From Paramecium tetraurelia (taxonomy: Eukaryota), in assembly GCA_000165425.1 (NCBI GenBank), contig CT868008.1, forward strand, positions 248,001 to 312,000: a stretch of DNA of 64,000 nucleotides, read 5' to 3'. Position numbers and translations under genes: made by a program. This document shows, in pieces, positions 13,691 to 27,541 of this stretch. The number at the start of each line of letters is the position of its first letter. Within the stretch, counting starts at the first letter, position 1. Under the pieces are notes generated by a model. The model worked only from the letters and a program-made list of their open reading frames with translations, made no database searches and was not told where the DNA came from.

Positions 13691-14624
13691 TCAAGGCAAA
13701 TTGCAAAATGTGTATTCAAAGTTATCATAATCAATTGTGATAGCAGCAAAAAGAATTAGGCATTTGTCTTAAGATGTGCATTGAGGTGGGAATTCAACCA
13801 AAAATTTATCAGCTTTGCTACAATATTCTTATGCGCAACCATTAAAAATATTTCTAATTCTTCCTACTTTCTATTTCATAGGATTATAAATGTCATAGTC
13901 AATATATTAACAAGGACCTGTACACCTTGGTATGGCACAAATTCTTGTAATGCAACCGCATTGAACAAATTCTCCAGAAATGAAATACCTTGTATTGCCT
14001 GAGGGGTCGCAAATATCAATCTCTTCAAGGATTGGTAATGGGCATCTAGATATAGATTTGATACTTTACTCTGATCTTCCACAACACATGAAGGGTTACT
14101 TGAGATATCCTATCACTTCAGAGTCACGAGACACAACCATTTCTGGTCTCTCACATGGTAAACATAAAACTGAAGGAACTTTATAAATTCCTAAAATATA
14201 TATCCTTCCTTACGTTGTGCTTTAAACATGATTTAATTTTAATTGTTGATGAATAATAGATCTAATGCTCTCCAGCATTAACAAAAGAACCTTTGAGCAC
14301 ATTCGGATTCTTCCTTTATAATTCCAAGCTACTATTAAGCAAGGTGTCCTGTTTGTTCAGAGACTGAAATCTGATAGCTGTTTTTCTTTTCCCCGATGCA
14401 TGGACATATGCATTCTACGCAGCTAATATTTATTGTTGCTTCCTTACTCTGGTTTTTGATCAATGAGCATAAAATTCACTCCTGCAAATGGCTAAAATAA
14501 GATACTTCCTTACATCTGCTGTGAAAAACTAAGCTCCATATTATTGTATTTATCCAACTATGGCATTTCCAATAGCATTTCCTAATGCCTATGGATTTGG
14601 TACTGCGCCATATTAAACTTGCAT
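13691..14624 (-). CDS. Phospholipid scramblase family protein
   Basis: KEESECAQRFFCQCWRAL, CERPEMVV, IGYLKQPFMCC, VGRIRNIFNGCAQEYCSKADKFLVEFPPQCTSQDKCLILFAAITIDYDNFE. Four tiny introns. Confidence 0.85.
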
Positions 14625-14718
14625 TTGATAATTTAATTAAAATAAATTAATAGTTTATAAATTTAATATCTATTATTGATAAAAGTTGGAATTAAAATTA
14701 TTTTTAATAAAGATAAAT

Positions 14719-16170
14719 ATGAGTTAAGAAATTTTCGTAAGTGATGATGGCAAAATAAAATTATTAAATGGAGCTGAATAAGGAATAAGATTAGTAAATT
14801 CTCAAACCAGATAAGTCATTACATAAGTATTAATCTAATTTCGAAAGATAGTCACCAGCAGTTGAATTTTAATCATAATTAATCAAAACTTAAGAAGATG
14901 CTCCAATTCTGTCGACTTAATAATTGCCTCCTCACAGAATCTAAAGCCAAAAGGTCTTGAGATAAAACATCTCAATTCCTTAGGTCTCCTCTTATCCAGG
15001 CACTTACAGTGTTCAACAAAATTGCCAACAAGCTCCCCCACTTTGTATGAACATTGTAGTAGTTTCAAAGGAAGAAATTGAAACCCCATGGAGATTAGAA
15101 TGTGAATATCTTTAGTCGATTATTGGTGATTTAGAAAGAAGAAAGGAAGCCAAAGTTGTTGAAAAGGAAGTAGTCAAGGTGGTCACTGACAATACAAGAA
15201 TTGAATCATTAGAGGCTCAATTACTACAATTAAGGAGAGAGAATGATCAACTTAAAAATTAAATGATCTAAATGCGAAGTAGCTATGAATAATAATTGGA
15301 TTCGTTAAGAGGAGATATCACCTTACATAGTTCTAATGCTGCAGATGCTGCTTCATTATAGGCTGAATTCTTTGCCATGAGAACCTAATTGGAAGATTAG
15401 ATTGCAGGATTGAGACGATAAATTTCTGATCTAGAACTTCAATTAAGTTAATAATAACAAGAAAACGATAGACTCAAACAATTACTTCTAAATAAGGATG
15501 GAGAAATCCAATAACTCAGAATACAACTATCAAGATTATAAACAAGTGCCCAAGACACAAGTTAATTGAGAGATTTAGAAAATCAATTGAGATTATCTAA
15601 GGATGAGAATTCAAGACTTGAAAGATTGTTATAGTAAGCCAATTAGGATATCTTGAATTGGAAAAACAAATGCACGCTTATTGAGTAGGAATCCTATACT
15701 AAAAATAATGAACTCATTATGCAAATCAGAGATTATGAAGTAATAAGCTACTGATTTATTTAGAATAAACTAGCTTTAATATCTACTGATATTGAAAGGT
15801 TGCAAATTCAAATCAGAAATAAAGATGCCGAATTAAATGAGTGGAAATTTAGATATACTGAATTAGAATCTTAGGGAACTACTGTTATTCAAGAGAAAGT
15901 CACTTATCTATCTTAGGAAGTGGAAGTTTGGAAGCAAAAGTTTATTAAAACCAATCATGAATACAATAAGTGCTAGGAAGAATTGACTATGTGTTAAGCA
16001 GAATTAGAATCTCTCAAGAAGAGTGGATCAAAGAGAGTATATCACATTTTCATATCTAGGAAGTTGTTGTAACTCAAAGAACTGTTACATCAAGAGCTGG
16101 CAATACTTTAACTGTTACTGGGCCAACTGGATCATAATCTTAGATTAAAAGAACTGGTTACTAGGAATGA
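14719..16170 (+). CDS. Long coiled-coil protein, probably cortical/cytoskeletal
   Basis: PPLCMNIVVVSKEEIETPWRLECEYLQSII followed by about 300 aa of heptad-rich Q/E/L/R sequence. Tiny introns, TGA at 16168-16170. Confidence 0.75.
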
Positions 16171-16589
16171 TTCATTTATTTTATTTAAGTACAATCATCA
16201 GTATCAATAATCCACTTATATCATAAGTTTTAATATCTTCTTTTTGAATTTCAATTTCAAATAATAAATAATTTATTTGTTTGTGAATTTATAAAATAAT
16301 ATTAATAGTATTGAAGCCTTACATTGTAACATAAAAATATTAAGTGATAAACAATACTTTATTCATCTTTTTTGAAATAATTGGAGCACTCTTTTTTTGA
16401 ATATTTTTTGCCATCCTAATCAACTTTAGTATGTGTCAAGTAGAATGAAGTTTATTTGAGAAGATAATTGAGAAGTGAGAAATTTTCAACCCTTTTTAGA
16501 ATCAACTTAGTCTTAGTTTTTTTACTAACACAAATAAATATAGACATGATGTTTCAGTTTAAGGTACAGAATATTAAATTTGAATTTAT

Positions 16590-17231
16590 TAAGAATAATG
16601 GATTGCCGTATTAGAATTTAATGAGAAGACTCAAGAATATATCAATGATTTCTTCAAGTTGAAAATATTATATATATATATAAAAAGATACAACGATTGA
16701 TTGATAATTTATATATTCGAAACATGCATAAAATATTTCAAAATAAGAGACCAGCTTAACTAATAAGATAGATGAATTATTTACTGTTTTCTCCATAATT
16801 GAATGATTCCTGTACATGCCATCACCGAGTTGCATATCATTAACATATATTATCTTGGTGATAAAACCCAGCACCATCTAATGAATAATTTCATGCAATA
16901 CCTAGCAATAAGGGTTCCTGTCAATGTAATAACTGATTATTAAACCGGGTTTATTGAGTCAACAGGCTTTTTCATCATGTCATTAATATTAGCGATTGAT
17001 ATTCCCCATTTTGCTAAAGGACAATAAAAGAAGATGGTAAAAGGACCTTTTTCAGCCTAAAACCATCTAATCATGAACTATGGCCAAAATGTCTAGGCAC
17101 ATACAAAAGCTTATAACTATTTTATGGGACCCATTAATTTTTTATAAGAATTATTAAAAATCTAAATACATTTTACACTGTTAAACTATGCAACTTTCGG
17201 TAGAAGAAAATAACAAACAAGATTAAGATGA
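16590..17231 (+). pseudogene. Coding-like fragment of unknown family, 5' part disrupted
   Basis: Open frame MIPVHAITELHII...DIPHFAKGQQKKMVKGPFSAQNHL...TGA at 17229-17231. Upstream frames are broken by TGAs. Confidence 0.35.
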
Positions 17232-18364
17232 GAATATTTATCATATTATAATGCCCTTAGTGATATTTTAAAAAATATTTATTTTGAATTTTTAATATTC
17301 AATTATTAACCATATATTTATTATTACAATCAATAATACAATATATAAACAATTCTAAAAAAGAGAGTCAAAATAATATTGTCTAAATTTATTTAGAATT
17401 CTATTCAAATCAGTTTCAATAACATAGAGGATAATTTTACAATTTGTGTTCCTCAACTGAGTAAGTAAATGCGAATACACTTTATTATAAGATTTTCTTT
17501 TTTATCTGTTTATGATATTATCACATCTATAAATGAGTAGTATACATAAACAGCAAAAGCTGAACTATTTTTGATTCATAATTAAATACAATAAATATAG
17601 CTAAGATTTTCTTTCAAAAAAAGAATAAATAAAGCTTATAGATTTCTTAAGAAATATTTCATCAATTAATTGACTGGTTTACATAGCATTTTTTATTAAG
17701 AGATAAATTATTAATTAATTTTAGAATCATTACACCATATATATATTATCTAGTACAATAATAAAAATTTGATTCTTGATTATATTTTAATTATTGATTC
17801 ATAACAAGGAGAGTAAGGACCAAGACAGAATCTCTGTTTCGAATTAACAAATGCCTTGATTGATATATTAAAACTAATCATTATTTTATAGTACTTGAAT
17901 AATAGATTTATAAAATAAAGGACTTAAGTTTTACGTAAAATTACAAACCTTAGTAATAAACAATTGAAAACCAAGAAATCTTAATTCATTTATTAATTTA
18001 TTAATAAAAATTGCTCAGTATTATAATTAGAATCAAGCCGTTATTTAGGCTTTAAAATAAAATTTGTATTGATGAAATAAATAATACACTATGTATCACT
18101 TATTGTTTAATTAACTAATATTCATTTTATTCTTTTTAAATATTTTCATTTATATATCTGAGTAGAGAACTTGCATTATTCAGTTTATTCTTAATCATAA
18201 AATATTTGTCAGTACCTCGAATATAAAAAGTGCAAATTTTTGTTTAATATGTTTCCTCAAATTTGATGGACAAAAATAAAAGCAAATATTACATAAATTA
18301 TATCGATCATATAAGATCTTCTCCAAATCCAAATTGAAAAATCTTATTTTATATATTAAAAATA

Positions 18365-19625
18365 TCATTTGTAACTATATTATTTATTGAAATCAAGATC
18401 CGTATTTGTTAATTCACTTAGTTATTTAAATAAAAGTTAACATGAATCTCTAAAAATCTATTAATAATTTTACATAATTTCTAAACCATTGGTAGATAAA
18501 TTCGGATATACTATACTAAGATTCTTAGGAATAGCTTCAGATTCTAAATATATATGTATTATTACTTGGGGTGTTATTTGAGTATGGAGTCAAGAAATTC
18601 AACTGTCTCGAGACTGGATCTCTTTTAACCAGTTTTTCTGGAGTTTTGTAATACATAATTCTCCTCTAAATTTATCTTCTTGGTACTCCTTTAATTTGGG
18701 TCTCATCCTATCTAGGTAAAACTTATAAATCTTCCCATCTATTTTGCATCTTTAATCTTCTTTTTAAAGTGCTGTTCCAATGATTTTTAATTGAATTGTC
18801 AGTTCTTCCTTTCAATAAGCCAGCTATTAATGACCATCTATTTCCTAGTTTTTTATGTGCCTCGATTATGGTTTAATCTTCTTCATCAGTCCATCTTTCC
18901 TTATTGATTTTTGGATCTAGATGATTATGGAACCTACATCAATTCTTAACTAAATACCTCTCTCTACATTATTTACCTATCCTGCCAGGTAAATGCTTAG
19001 CAATTTAACTCCAATTTTTTGGCCCACAATTGATTACTAATTTAACTAATAGTTCATCTTCTTCTTAAGTCCAAGGACCCTTAACAAGATCAGGATTAAG
19101 AACCTTTTGCCATCTATGTAAACATTAGACATCTGTTCTTTCTTCAAAATTTGATGCTATTTTCTTCCAATTTTTGGCACCATGTTGAGTGACTAATTCT
19201 TTCAGTTATTAATCTTCTTCTTCTGTCCACCATCTATCCAATTAATATCATTTATACCTCTTCTTAATAGTCAAAGGAGGGTCAATATTATTACTATTTA
19301 GAAGAGTTTCAACTTTTGTTTTAATTTCATTTATTTTATTTCTATTCTTCTTAGGGATTATACTATCTAATTAAGAATAATCAAATCTAGGAGATGAAAT
19401 CGATAGATCTTTATTCTCCTTTATTAATTACAGAATGTTTGATTATAAGGTTAGCAATTTCAGTTCTTGGGAAGATGGCTTAGTATTAGCAAGTATAAAG
19501 TCAATTTCAATTGGGTTTTATTAGAGCAGATCTTTTAAAAACGTAATACACATATTCTTTTCCATCTAAGGCAGAGTATATCCATTAAGTTCAAATTGAG
19601 TTATTAATTGGTGGGTACCTCTCAT
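18365..19625 (-). CDS. Three-repeat (R1R2R3) Myb transcription factor
   Basis: [25 protein letters not shown]...[28 protein letters not shown]...[17 protein letters not shown]...[27 protein letters not shown]. Confidence 0.93.
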
Positions 19626-20145
19626 TAAACAAATAAAAAAATTAATTAAAAGATAAGAGAGTAGTGTTTTTTAACGAATTTGATAAATTTTATTAATAAA
19701 TATCCAACTATTTAATAATCTATAAGATAGTAATTATTTATATATTTATTTTTTATATCTACCACCCTTCATTTTTAATTAATTTAATGTCCTCTGTGTT
19801 TTTAGTTAATTTCTTAGCTAGAAATCAATCAAATACTTTATAACAACTATCATAATTCCCATTTTACATAATATTATATATGTGCATATTGATATTGGGT
19901 ATGTAAAGATAAATGGAATCTTGCAATAATAAAATTCCCATAATAAATAAATTATAAATTATTTCAAAAATATAAAGTTAACTTAATTAAATAATCTAAT
20001 GATGAGAATTTAAGATTTTAATGATAAATGATTAATAAATCGATTAGTCTTTTCTGAAACATATATATACATGCATTTTTATGTGCAAATTCATAATATT
20101 TGTTAAAGTTGGATTTTTCAAATAATTGAAATAAATTAATTAATA

Positions 20146-21718
20146 ATGCTTTTTGAACCTGATATTTTGAATAGGTATCAACAATTCTCAACCTATTAAA
20201 CATAAAACATGAAGGTGATGGAAGTTCTTAACACTGCACTTTTTGAAAGAGCATTATTGGAAGGCTCATATGCTTAAAGTTTGGATCAATTAGCTAAAAT
20301 ATTGGATCTTAATGAAGATGGCATAATAAATGACGACATAATCGATATAGTCTAAGCTTATAGGAGTGTAATTTTATGCGAAAAAGAGTAAGCTGAATAC
20401 TTGAAGGAATCTTATAAAAACGATGCTTTGGTTGTATTAAAAGACTTGCTGGCTAAACAACACGACGGTGTTTCGAAAATTGAGAATACATGCAGACTCT
20501 TAGATAAACAACTCAAATCTAATGTCAATAATTTATCTAGAAGAGCCAATCGATATAAATAGAGCATCATTGATTTGCCTTTTGCTAAAACCGATTCGAT
20601 TAGAACAGCCTTAGAATAAGAAAAACAATAAAACAATATCTTCTTAAGATAGGCCATAACAGATTACAATCAGACAATAAGTGAATACTTTGAAGGATGT
20701 GCATAGCAAGAGTAAATAGTGATTCAATTAGATAAATAAAGAAGAACTGTATTCAATGATATTTAAATGAAATTGTAAGTCTTTCATATTTCAACCATCA
20801 AAAATGTAGAATATGCACTTAAAAAAATGAATTAAGTAATTTTATATAAAAAAATAGAAAATAGAAGCTCAAGAGATATCAAAACCTATTTTCATGTTTA
20901 AAATCGAAGATTAGACAAGACCAGTGTTGAATAAGTTTAATATTAATGATTACATAATGTAAACTGAAATGGAAATTAGAAATTAATAACCATCTTTAAA
21001 TTTGAAATCAAAATAAGCCACACAAGGTAATATGGTATCTAATTTAAGAGATAAAGTCATTATGGTCATAAATAAAAAGAACTATAAATCGTGATAGCTC
21101 TTATGATTCAGTTTTTAATTCATTGAGTTAATCAAATTTTGTAGTTAATGATCAATTGTTTGCAAAGTTGGCGGGCTCAAATGAAGAACTCGATTAATTT
21201 TTAGATTCATTAAGAGAATCTAAGTTACCAATGGACGCAAAATCATAATTGATAAAGCTAAATATATATATGCAGAACCTTCATAAATTATTAGTTGATT
21301 TAATTCATTATGTAATTGATTTTAAGAGATTTAGTTATACCATAGGAATCTAACTGAGTAGACCATAAAGTTAATTAAGTAAACATTACAAAAGTATCAT
21401 ACATTCCCCGTCCAGGATGATTTAAAAGATCAAATAACATTATATTATGATAACATATTGAAACAACCTTGTTTAATGGATGTTGAATTTTGGAAGAGAC
21501 ACTTTATAATAAAGCTCCATGAACAATAATAGGTGGATTCATAAAATGAAGTTAAGAGACATGAAATAATTGCCGAAATTAAATTTTAATCTTCAAAACT
21601 CCTATAGCACAGTATCAATCCAAGTGTCATCACATAAGCAGTGTAGAAACTAGAATTAGAACCAGATGAGATCGATCAAATAATAAATCACATCAAAATG
21701 AAGGTCGATGAGAAGTGA
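20146..21718 (+). CDS. FCH/F-BAR-like coiled-coil protein
   Basis: N-terminal LFERALLEGSYAQSLDQLAK resembles the FCH ERAxxExxYAxxL motif, followed by a long helical region. One intron near 20836. Confidence 0.65.
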
Positions 21719-21764
21719 GAAGAATTTAAAATAAAAAATATCGTTTTTAATGTGAATATATTGA

Positions 21765-22583
21765 TCATTGGATGATTGTTAAAAAGACTGCCAATGAAGC
21801 CAATAGATAAGGGCTACTTGAATCTTCAGATTCATCATCTTCACAAGCAACACAAGCATCATTGCTCCAATAGTATCCACCGTCTGTATTCTTTGAACAA
21901 GTGTCTTGAGTATAATCTGTAACATCGCTTCTTTCTCCACATTTGCTAGTTGTTTTATCCCATTTACATAATATTTAAGAACCGAAGATACCATCATTAG
22001 CTACGGTGCACAATGCTTCACTTGTAAAAGAAGAGCAGGTGAAGGCCTTACAAGCAGTTCCAGATGCATCACATCCCAAATCTGCACATACATCCATAGG
22101 AGCACCTATGCAAGTTTCTGTGCTGAATTTATCGCATTTATTTGTAGATGCGTTCAACCAGCAGAAATATTCTTCACTTATAAAATTATTGCTACAACCA
22201 GTAGTGGGTAAGGTTGAGCAGTCTGCAACAGCTGTGTAGGTTGAACAAGTGTATTTTCCATTTGCATTTGGAGTTAAAGATGCAGCTGCACAGTTTCCTT
22301 TTTAAATCATACATAAAATTGGCTTAGCTGCTTCATAAGTGGAGCATGCCTTCGAGTCTTCACAAACTCCAGAGTTATTTATTGTGCAGGTACCAAGGGT
22401 ATCACAAACATCTGTTGATATATCCTTACATGCCTTCTTTGCGCATGCAGTTCCCCAAACACAGTCAACAACATTGTTACATTCAGTTTAGCTTGTGAAT
22501 TCTGTACAATCGCACCAGAAATCTGCAGTTAATGCCCCGAATGTGCCAACAGCCAATATTGTTATGAAAAACAATTTTTACAT
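21765..22583 (-). CDS. Small Cys-periodic surface protein (Paramecium surface-antigen-repeat / mini-antigen type)
   Basis: Signal peptide MQKLFFITILAVGTFG, periodic Cys units with C-x-W motifs, hydrophobic C-terminus LLASLAVFLTIIQ. Confidence 0.8.
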
Positions 22584-23399
22584 TAATTTTATTAATGAAA
22601 CCTGTGAATATCATTTGGTTTTTGAATTATTACAGGTAAATCACTTTATTAATTAACAGAATATTAAAACCAGTGAATAATTTATAAGTACATTTAGTAT
22701 TAAAAATATTTATTGAATTTTTTTGTATCATTTACATACACTCAATACAATATAAAAATACCATCTCATTAATCAGTTATATCATAATTCATTCAAATTT
22801 CTTCAAGTTAAGAATTGTCATTTATCCAAATAAATCACTCTAAGATTGCAAAGGAACTTCTAATTAGATTGTAAATTTAATTTTCATCTCTTAAAAATGA
22901 AAAGAACAATTGTTTCTTAAATTACCAATCAATTCATTAACCTTTTGGGAGAAAAAATTAAATTTTGTGTCAAATGAATTAAATAATTTGATGATTATAA
23001 AAAGTTTATTGTCACTTAATACTTATTTCATCTAATTTTATTATAATTGATTCTCAAAATTTTATGAACTAACTTTTCATTCCTATATTTAATTCATAAA
23101 ATGAGAAGACTTAAATAAATAAAGAGGAATTTAACATCAATCATATTTATATAAATTCAGAATAATAAGGTCGTTTGAATCACAACTTAAAATTAGTTCA
23201 GTTCAATTTTAAGTTTTAAATTGTTGAATTGGCGCTCAAATTTTAAATAATTATAAAAATCATTAGTAGATATTTCCTCAATCTTCATTAGGGCCTTTTT
23301 TATTTGTTACAATGCTTTTCTTTCTAAATCAATTATATATTTATATAAACATCTTCAACTTACGAATTCTAAAGCCAACTCTTTTGAAAGAAATCTTTA

Positions 23400-25450
23400 A
23401 TAAGAGTTATTTATGATGAAAAATAAAGATATAAGCACTTCAAAATAGTATAATTCTGTTATTATAATATGGATAAAAAATTATATAGAAAATTATAGAA
23501 TTTCAATTTAAGACCAACAAAAAATTAGCAAGAGCGATGACAAAAAAATTAGAAATATAAAAAGAAATCTAGAAATAAAACAAACTATTACTCTTTGAAT
23601 TCATTTTGCAATTCTCATTAAAATTAAATAATAATAAGAATCTAATCAATTTTTGTAATATGATAAGGATTAATCTTAAGTAAAATTATATAGAAATCAT
23701 AATTGAATTATATCGAATGTTCTACAAAATAATATTTTATCCTTTCAATATTGAAAATCTTTACAATTGGAAAAATTGTGATGATATATATTCGCCATCA
23801 ATCAAACTAAATTATTATGATAATATGGTATTGATTGAGTAATTAACAATGTTGGAACATAAAATTCATATAATTAACTTGTCAAATTTTAAACACAAAG
23901 TAAAATTGGTTACTAATTTTAGAAATTTTTCATTTGAAATCAACTAATTATAAAAGATGCGCTAACAGGTGCTGAAGATCTGTCTCAGTGAATATTTTAC
24001 TTGGATTTCGAAATTCTTTACTGAAATTCATGTAAACTCGAATGAATTGAGTGAAGGAGTACAAGAAATAGAATGATCTGTTTTAAACAGTTCCAAAAAC
24101 TTTCCAATCTAAAATTGGAATATAATGAAAGTTCGATGATATTTTGCCAAAAATAATTATTTTTAGGAGTCTGGCAAAATTTATTTCAAAAAAGTTCTTC
24201 ACCATTTTAGCAATTATCCATCAATAAGTGAGTCATGTCTATTTATAAGTATGAGGGTAAAGCATAAATAATGCTTTACAGTTAAAGGGGATTTTGGAGA
24301 AGCAGTTATTCAAGGTTAAATTTTTTTGAAATTCTCACTTGTTTGTGGTTGGTATTTGAAAATAGACAAAAGTAGATATCCTAAAGATTATAAATAGCCT
24401 AAATTCTTTTTCATTTGATGAGTTTTCAATGGTAGGAATTATATCTATATGTTATTGATTTTTGTCATTCCAAAATCTTTTATGCATGAAACCTGTTAAT
24501 TAAAGAGTGAAAATATATCTAAATTAACCCTCATCTTGGGAAACAAAATAGTAAATTTATTTTCATTTGAAAGATTGTTTTACATCTCTTTATTATAAAT
24601 TTACAGAATCATTAAATACTATTCTTGCAAATAAAATAAATAAGAAACCAAGTATTTATTACTAATTAGAATATGAGTAATTTTTTCTAAATAAAAAAAA
24701 TGAATCAGCTTAAAACCTTGGATACTAATTATAATATATTATCATACCACAAAACTATTTGCTCATATAAAAACAAAATAAGTGTTATTATTAATTAAAT
24801 AATTTCATTGATAGAGCTACGATGCTGCAATAATTAAGAGATTATTTGTTTTTCTATAGCATTAACTAAGTTTGGATACTATTGATTTAAAAAAATTATA
24901 ATAAATTAAAATTTAATCTGAGTACTACATAATTGGATAGCTGAATATTTTTGAATTTCGAAATTGATTCAACCAGAAAATTATTTTCAATGTAGGGAGG
25001 TTCTCTAACTTATAGTATTATTTTGAATTTTAAGTAAACCTAAGTGCAATCAACTAAGATTAAGATGAGGCTCTACTTATAAGTATGTTTATATTAAAAA
25101 TAATAATTGAGCAGTTGCCTCACCATAAAATGATACTACTCGAAATAGTTTTATTTTTTCTAATTTAATGGATTTAGAGAATGTCAATAAAAGTCTAAGT
25201 AATTTTAAGAATATATTGTCTAAAACTAATTCTATAGAATTGGAAAGGATGAACGCTCTTAAAGTCGATTCTATTTGTTTCTAGTCACAATAACAAAAAA
25301 AATAATTTAGAAATATTTATATTCCAAAGTTTAAAATTAAATAAAGATTGATGTTTTCGTTTTATTTTTATCAAATTTGGATAGGAAGATAGGAGAATAA
25401 AATTAGAATAGTAGCTTCTTTACAATTATAGAGTAGCGATTGAGAAGTCA
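23400..25450 (+). pseudogene. Heavily degenerate coding-like region, possible LRR-type remnant
   Basis: Long open stretches (about 23750-24070) and LRR-like fragments (FKQFQKLSNLKLEYN) broken by TGAs and frame changes. Boundaries approximate. Confidence 0.25.
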
Positions 25451-25548
25451 ATTACCAGGTAAGAATGAACTTATAATTTAGTTTAAATTCTTCAAAGATT
25501 GATAATATAATAAGAATATTAAATCACTTAATAATGAATGAGTAGTAA

Positions 25549-26969
25549 TCATTTAAACTAGGGCATTTGGCGTGACTTAGTTTAGTTTACTTTCACTGCT
25601 TGGTGGATAGGATTATGGAATCTTAATGTAAATGTAATGATATACTAGATATTGTCTAAAGTAGAATCTTCTTTTTGTTCAAATACTGTTTACTCAAAGT
25701 AGGGATGCTATAAACATTGTGTAGCAGAAGGTCGTAATTTTGGATCCTTATGAAGCATCTATAGTACTAAATCATAAGCCAAAGGAGTTTTAGTTTTTAT
25801 GAGATCTAAATGAGTTAGATCATAGTCTGCGGAGATATTTTTCAAAAGCAATGTTTATGGGTTTCTGGATGACCCAAAAGGATTTTTTAAAGTCAATCTA
25901 AAAATTAATACTTGAATTACAAATTAAAGAACATTACGCCACAACTAAATATGTCAACCTTGGTATCATAGATGGCTTATGTGAACACCTCAGGAGCTGT
26001 GTAACCTGGGGTTCCGCATCTATGGATATTGTAGTTTTATTATAATACCTTGTATTGTAATAAGGAATTTAAGATTTATGACAAGCCAACCCGAAGTCTG
26101 CCAATACTAGACTGCTCACATCGTTTGGTATTCTTAGTAAAACATTCTAAAGTTTGATGTCTCGATGCAGTATATCCAATTAATGTAGATGCTAAACAAC
26201 TAAATTATGGATTTTTTTTTATAAATACCACTTAATAATTTTTTCATCACCAATTGATGGTCGATATTATTGTTATTTTGATTCAAATACTTAAGAAAGT
26301 CACCTCCATGGCAGTATTCAAGTAATACTGATAAGGAATTATCGTCACATGAAATCTCCTCCAATTAGATTATATTTGGATGAGGATAATCCCTTAGATT
26401 GTTCAGAATCATCTATTCCTACTTTATTTATTCCTTATGATTATATGACTTTTTATACGAAACGTGTAAAATTAGAATTGTCAGAAGACACATGGGGAAA
26501 GTATGCCATCTTTTCGACCATATAGTTATTGGTTCCTTCTATCTATAATAAAACTAGGATGATAATTATCAGATACAAATATTGTTGGCTATCCCATTGA
26601 TTCTTTTAAAACAAGGCCTTCTTTGGAACAGTACTTTTCCACGGAGAAGACGTTCCAAATTCTGTAAATTTCGTAAGTCAATGTCAATAGTAACCTTAAT
26701 GTTTCTGTCAATGCTTTCTAAGTCCATCGTTCCTGTTTTGTTCACTCATAATTAGAGATCAAAATACCTTCGTTTACTGAGCGAAACCAAGTTAGTACGC
26801 TGTCTATAGTCCCACGCGGAATGAAAGCTATTTAGGAATCTGTACTTGTCATCTATTTAGGTAGATTTGATTTTACTTTTATGGTCAAACCTAAGGGGTT
26901 TGCATTCAGGAAAACTTCGTGTTTAGATTAGTCATTTGCTATCAAGTATCCTTGACAATTAAAAAGCAT
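25549..26969 (-). CDS. Ser/Thr protein kinase (CAMK-like)
   Basis: HPNIIQLEE, LLEYCHGGD, LHRDIKLQNVLL, LADFGLA, CGTPGYTAPE, KVDIFSCG, DPKLRPSATQCLQHPYF. Several tiny introns. Confidence 0.88.
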
Positions 26970-27541
26970 GAAGGTAAAAATGTTTAAAAAATTTAAGTAA
27001 TTTAAAATATCAAATTTGCTTATTATTTTTAATGACCCCTATATGCCCCATGCTGTATAAACATTATAAACAACCATAAATGTATTATAATATATTTTAT
27101 TACATCATTAAATTATAATCTTATAATTAGAAATAAAAATGATAAAATTAATTAAATAGCAAAATGATTACATTCTATTTCTACTTCAAAACCATAAACT
27201 CTAATGATATTCAATCAAATATTTTCAAAGAAAAAATTAATAATTTTATGAGACTAAATTTTCATTATTCTACGAAAATATTAAATTTAGATAACAAATA
27301 ATTAAAGTTTTGCTTTTTGATAATTAAGGCTAAAGAATACAAACAAATATTTAAATTTATGGGCTTAATTCGTTGAATGGATGCTAATTATAAATTTAAC
27401 TAGCTAATTTTTATCTAGTTATTTGAAACTGAAGTTGCCGAAAAATAAACTCACAAAGATTCCAATAAATAAGAGATCAACATATTATATTAATATCTCT
27501 AATAACCATTAAAATATAATTATAAATATTGAATTATTAAA

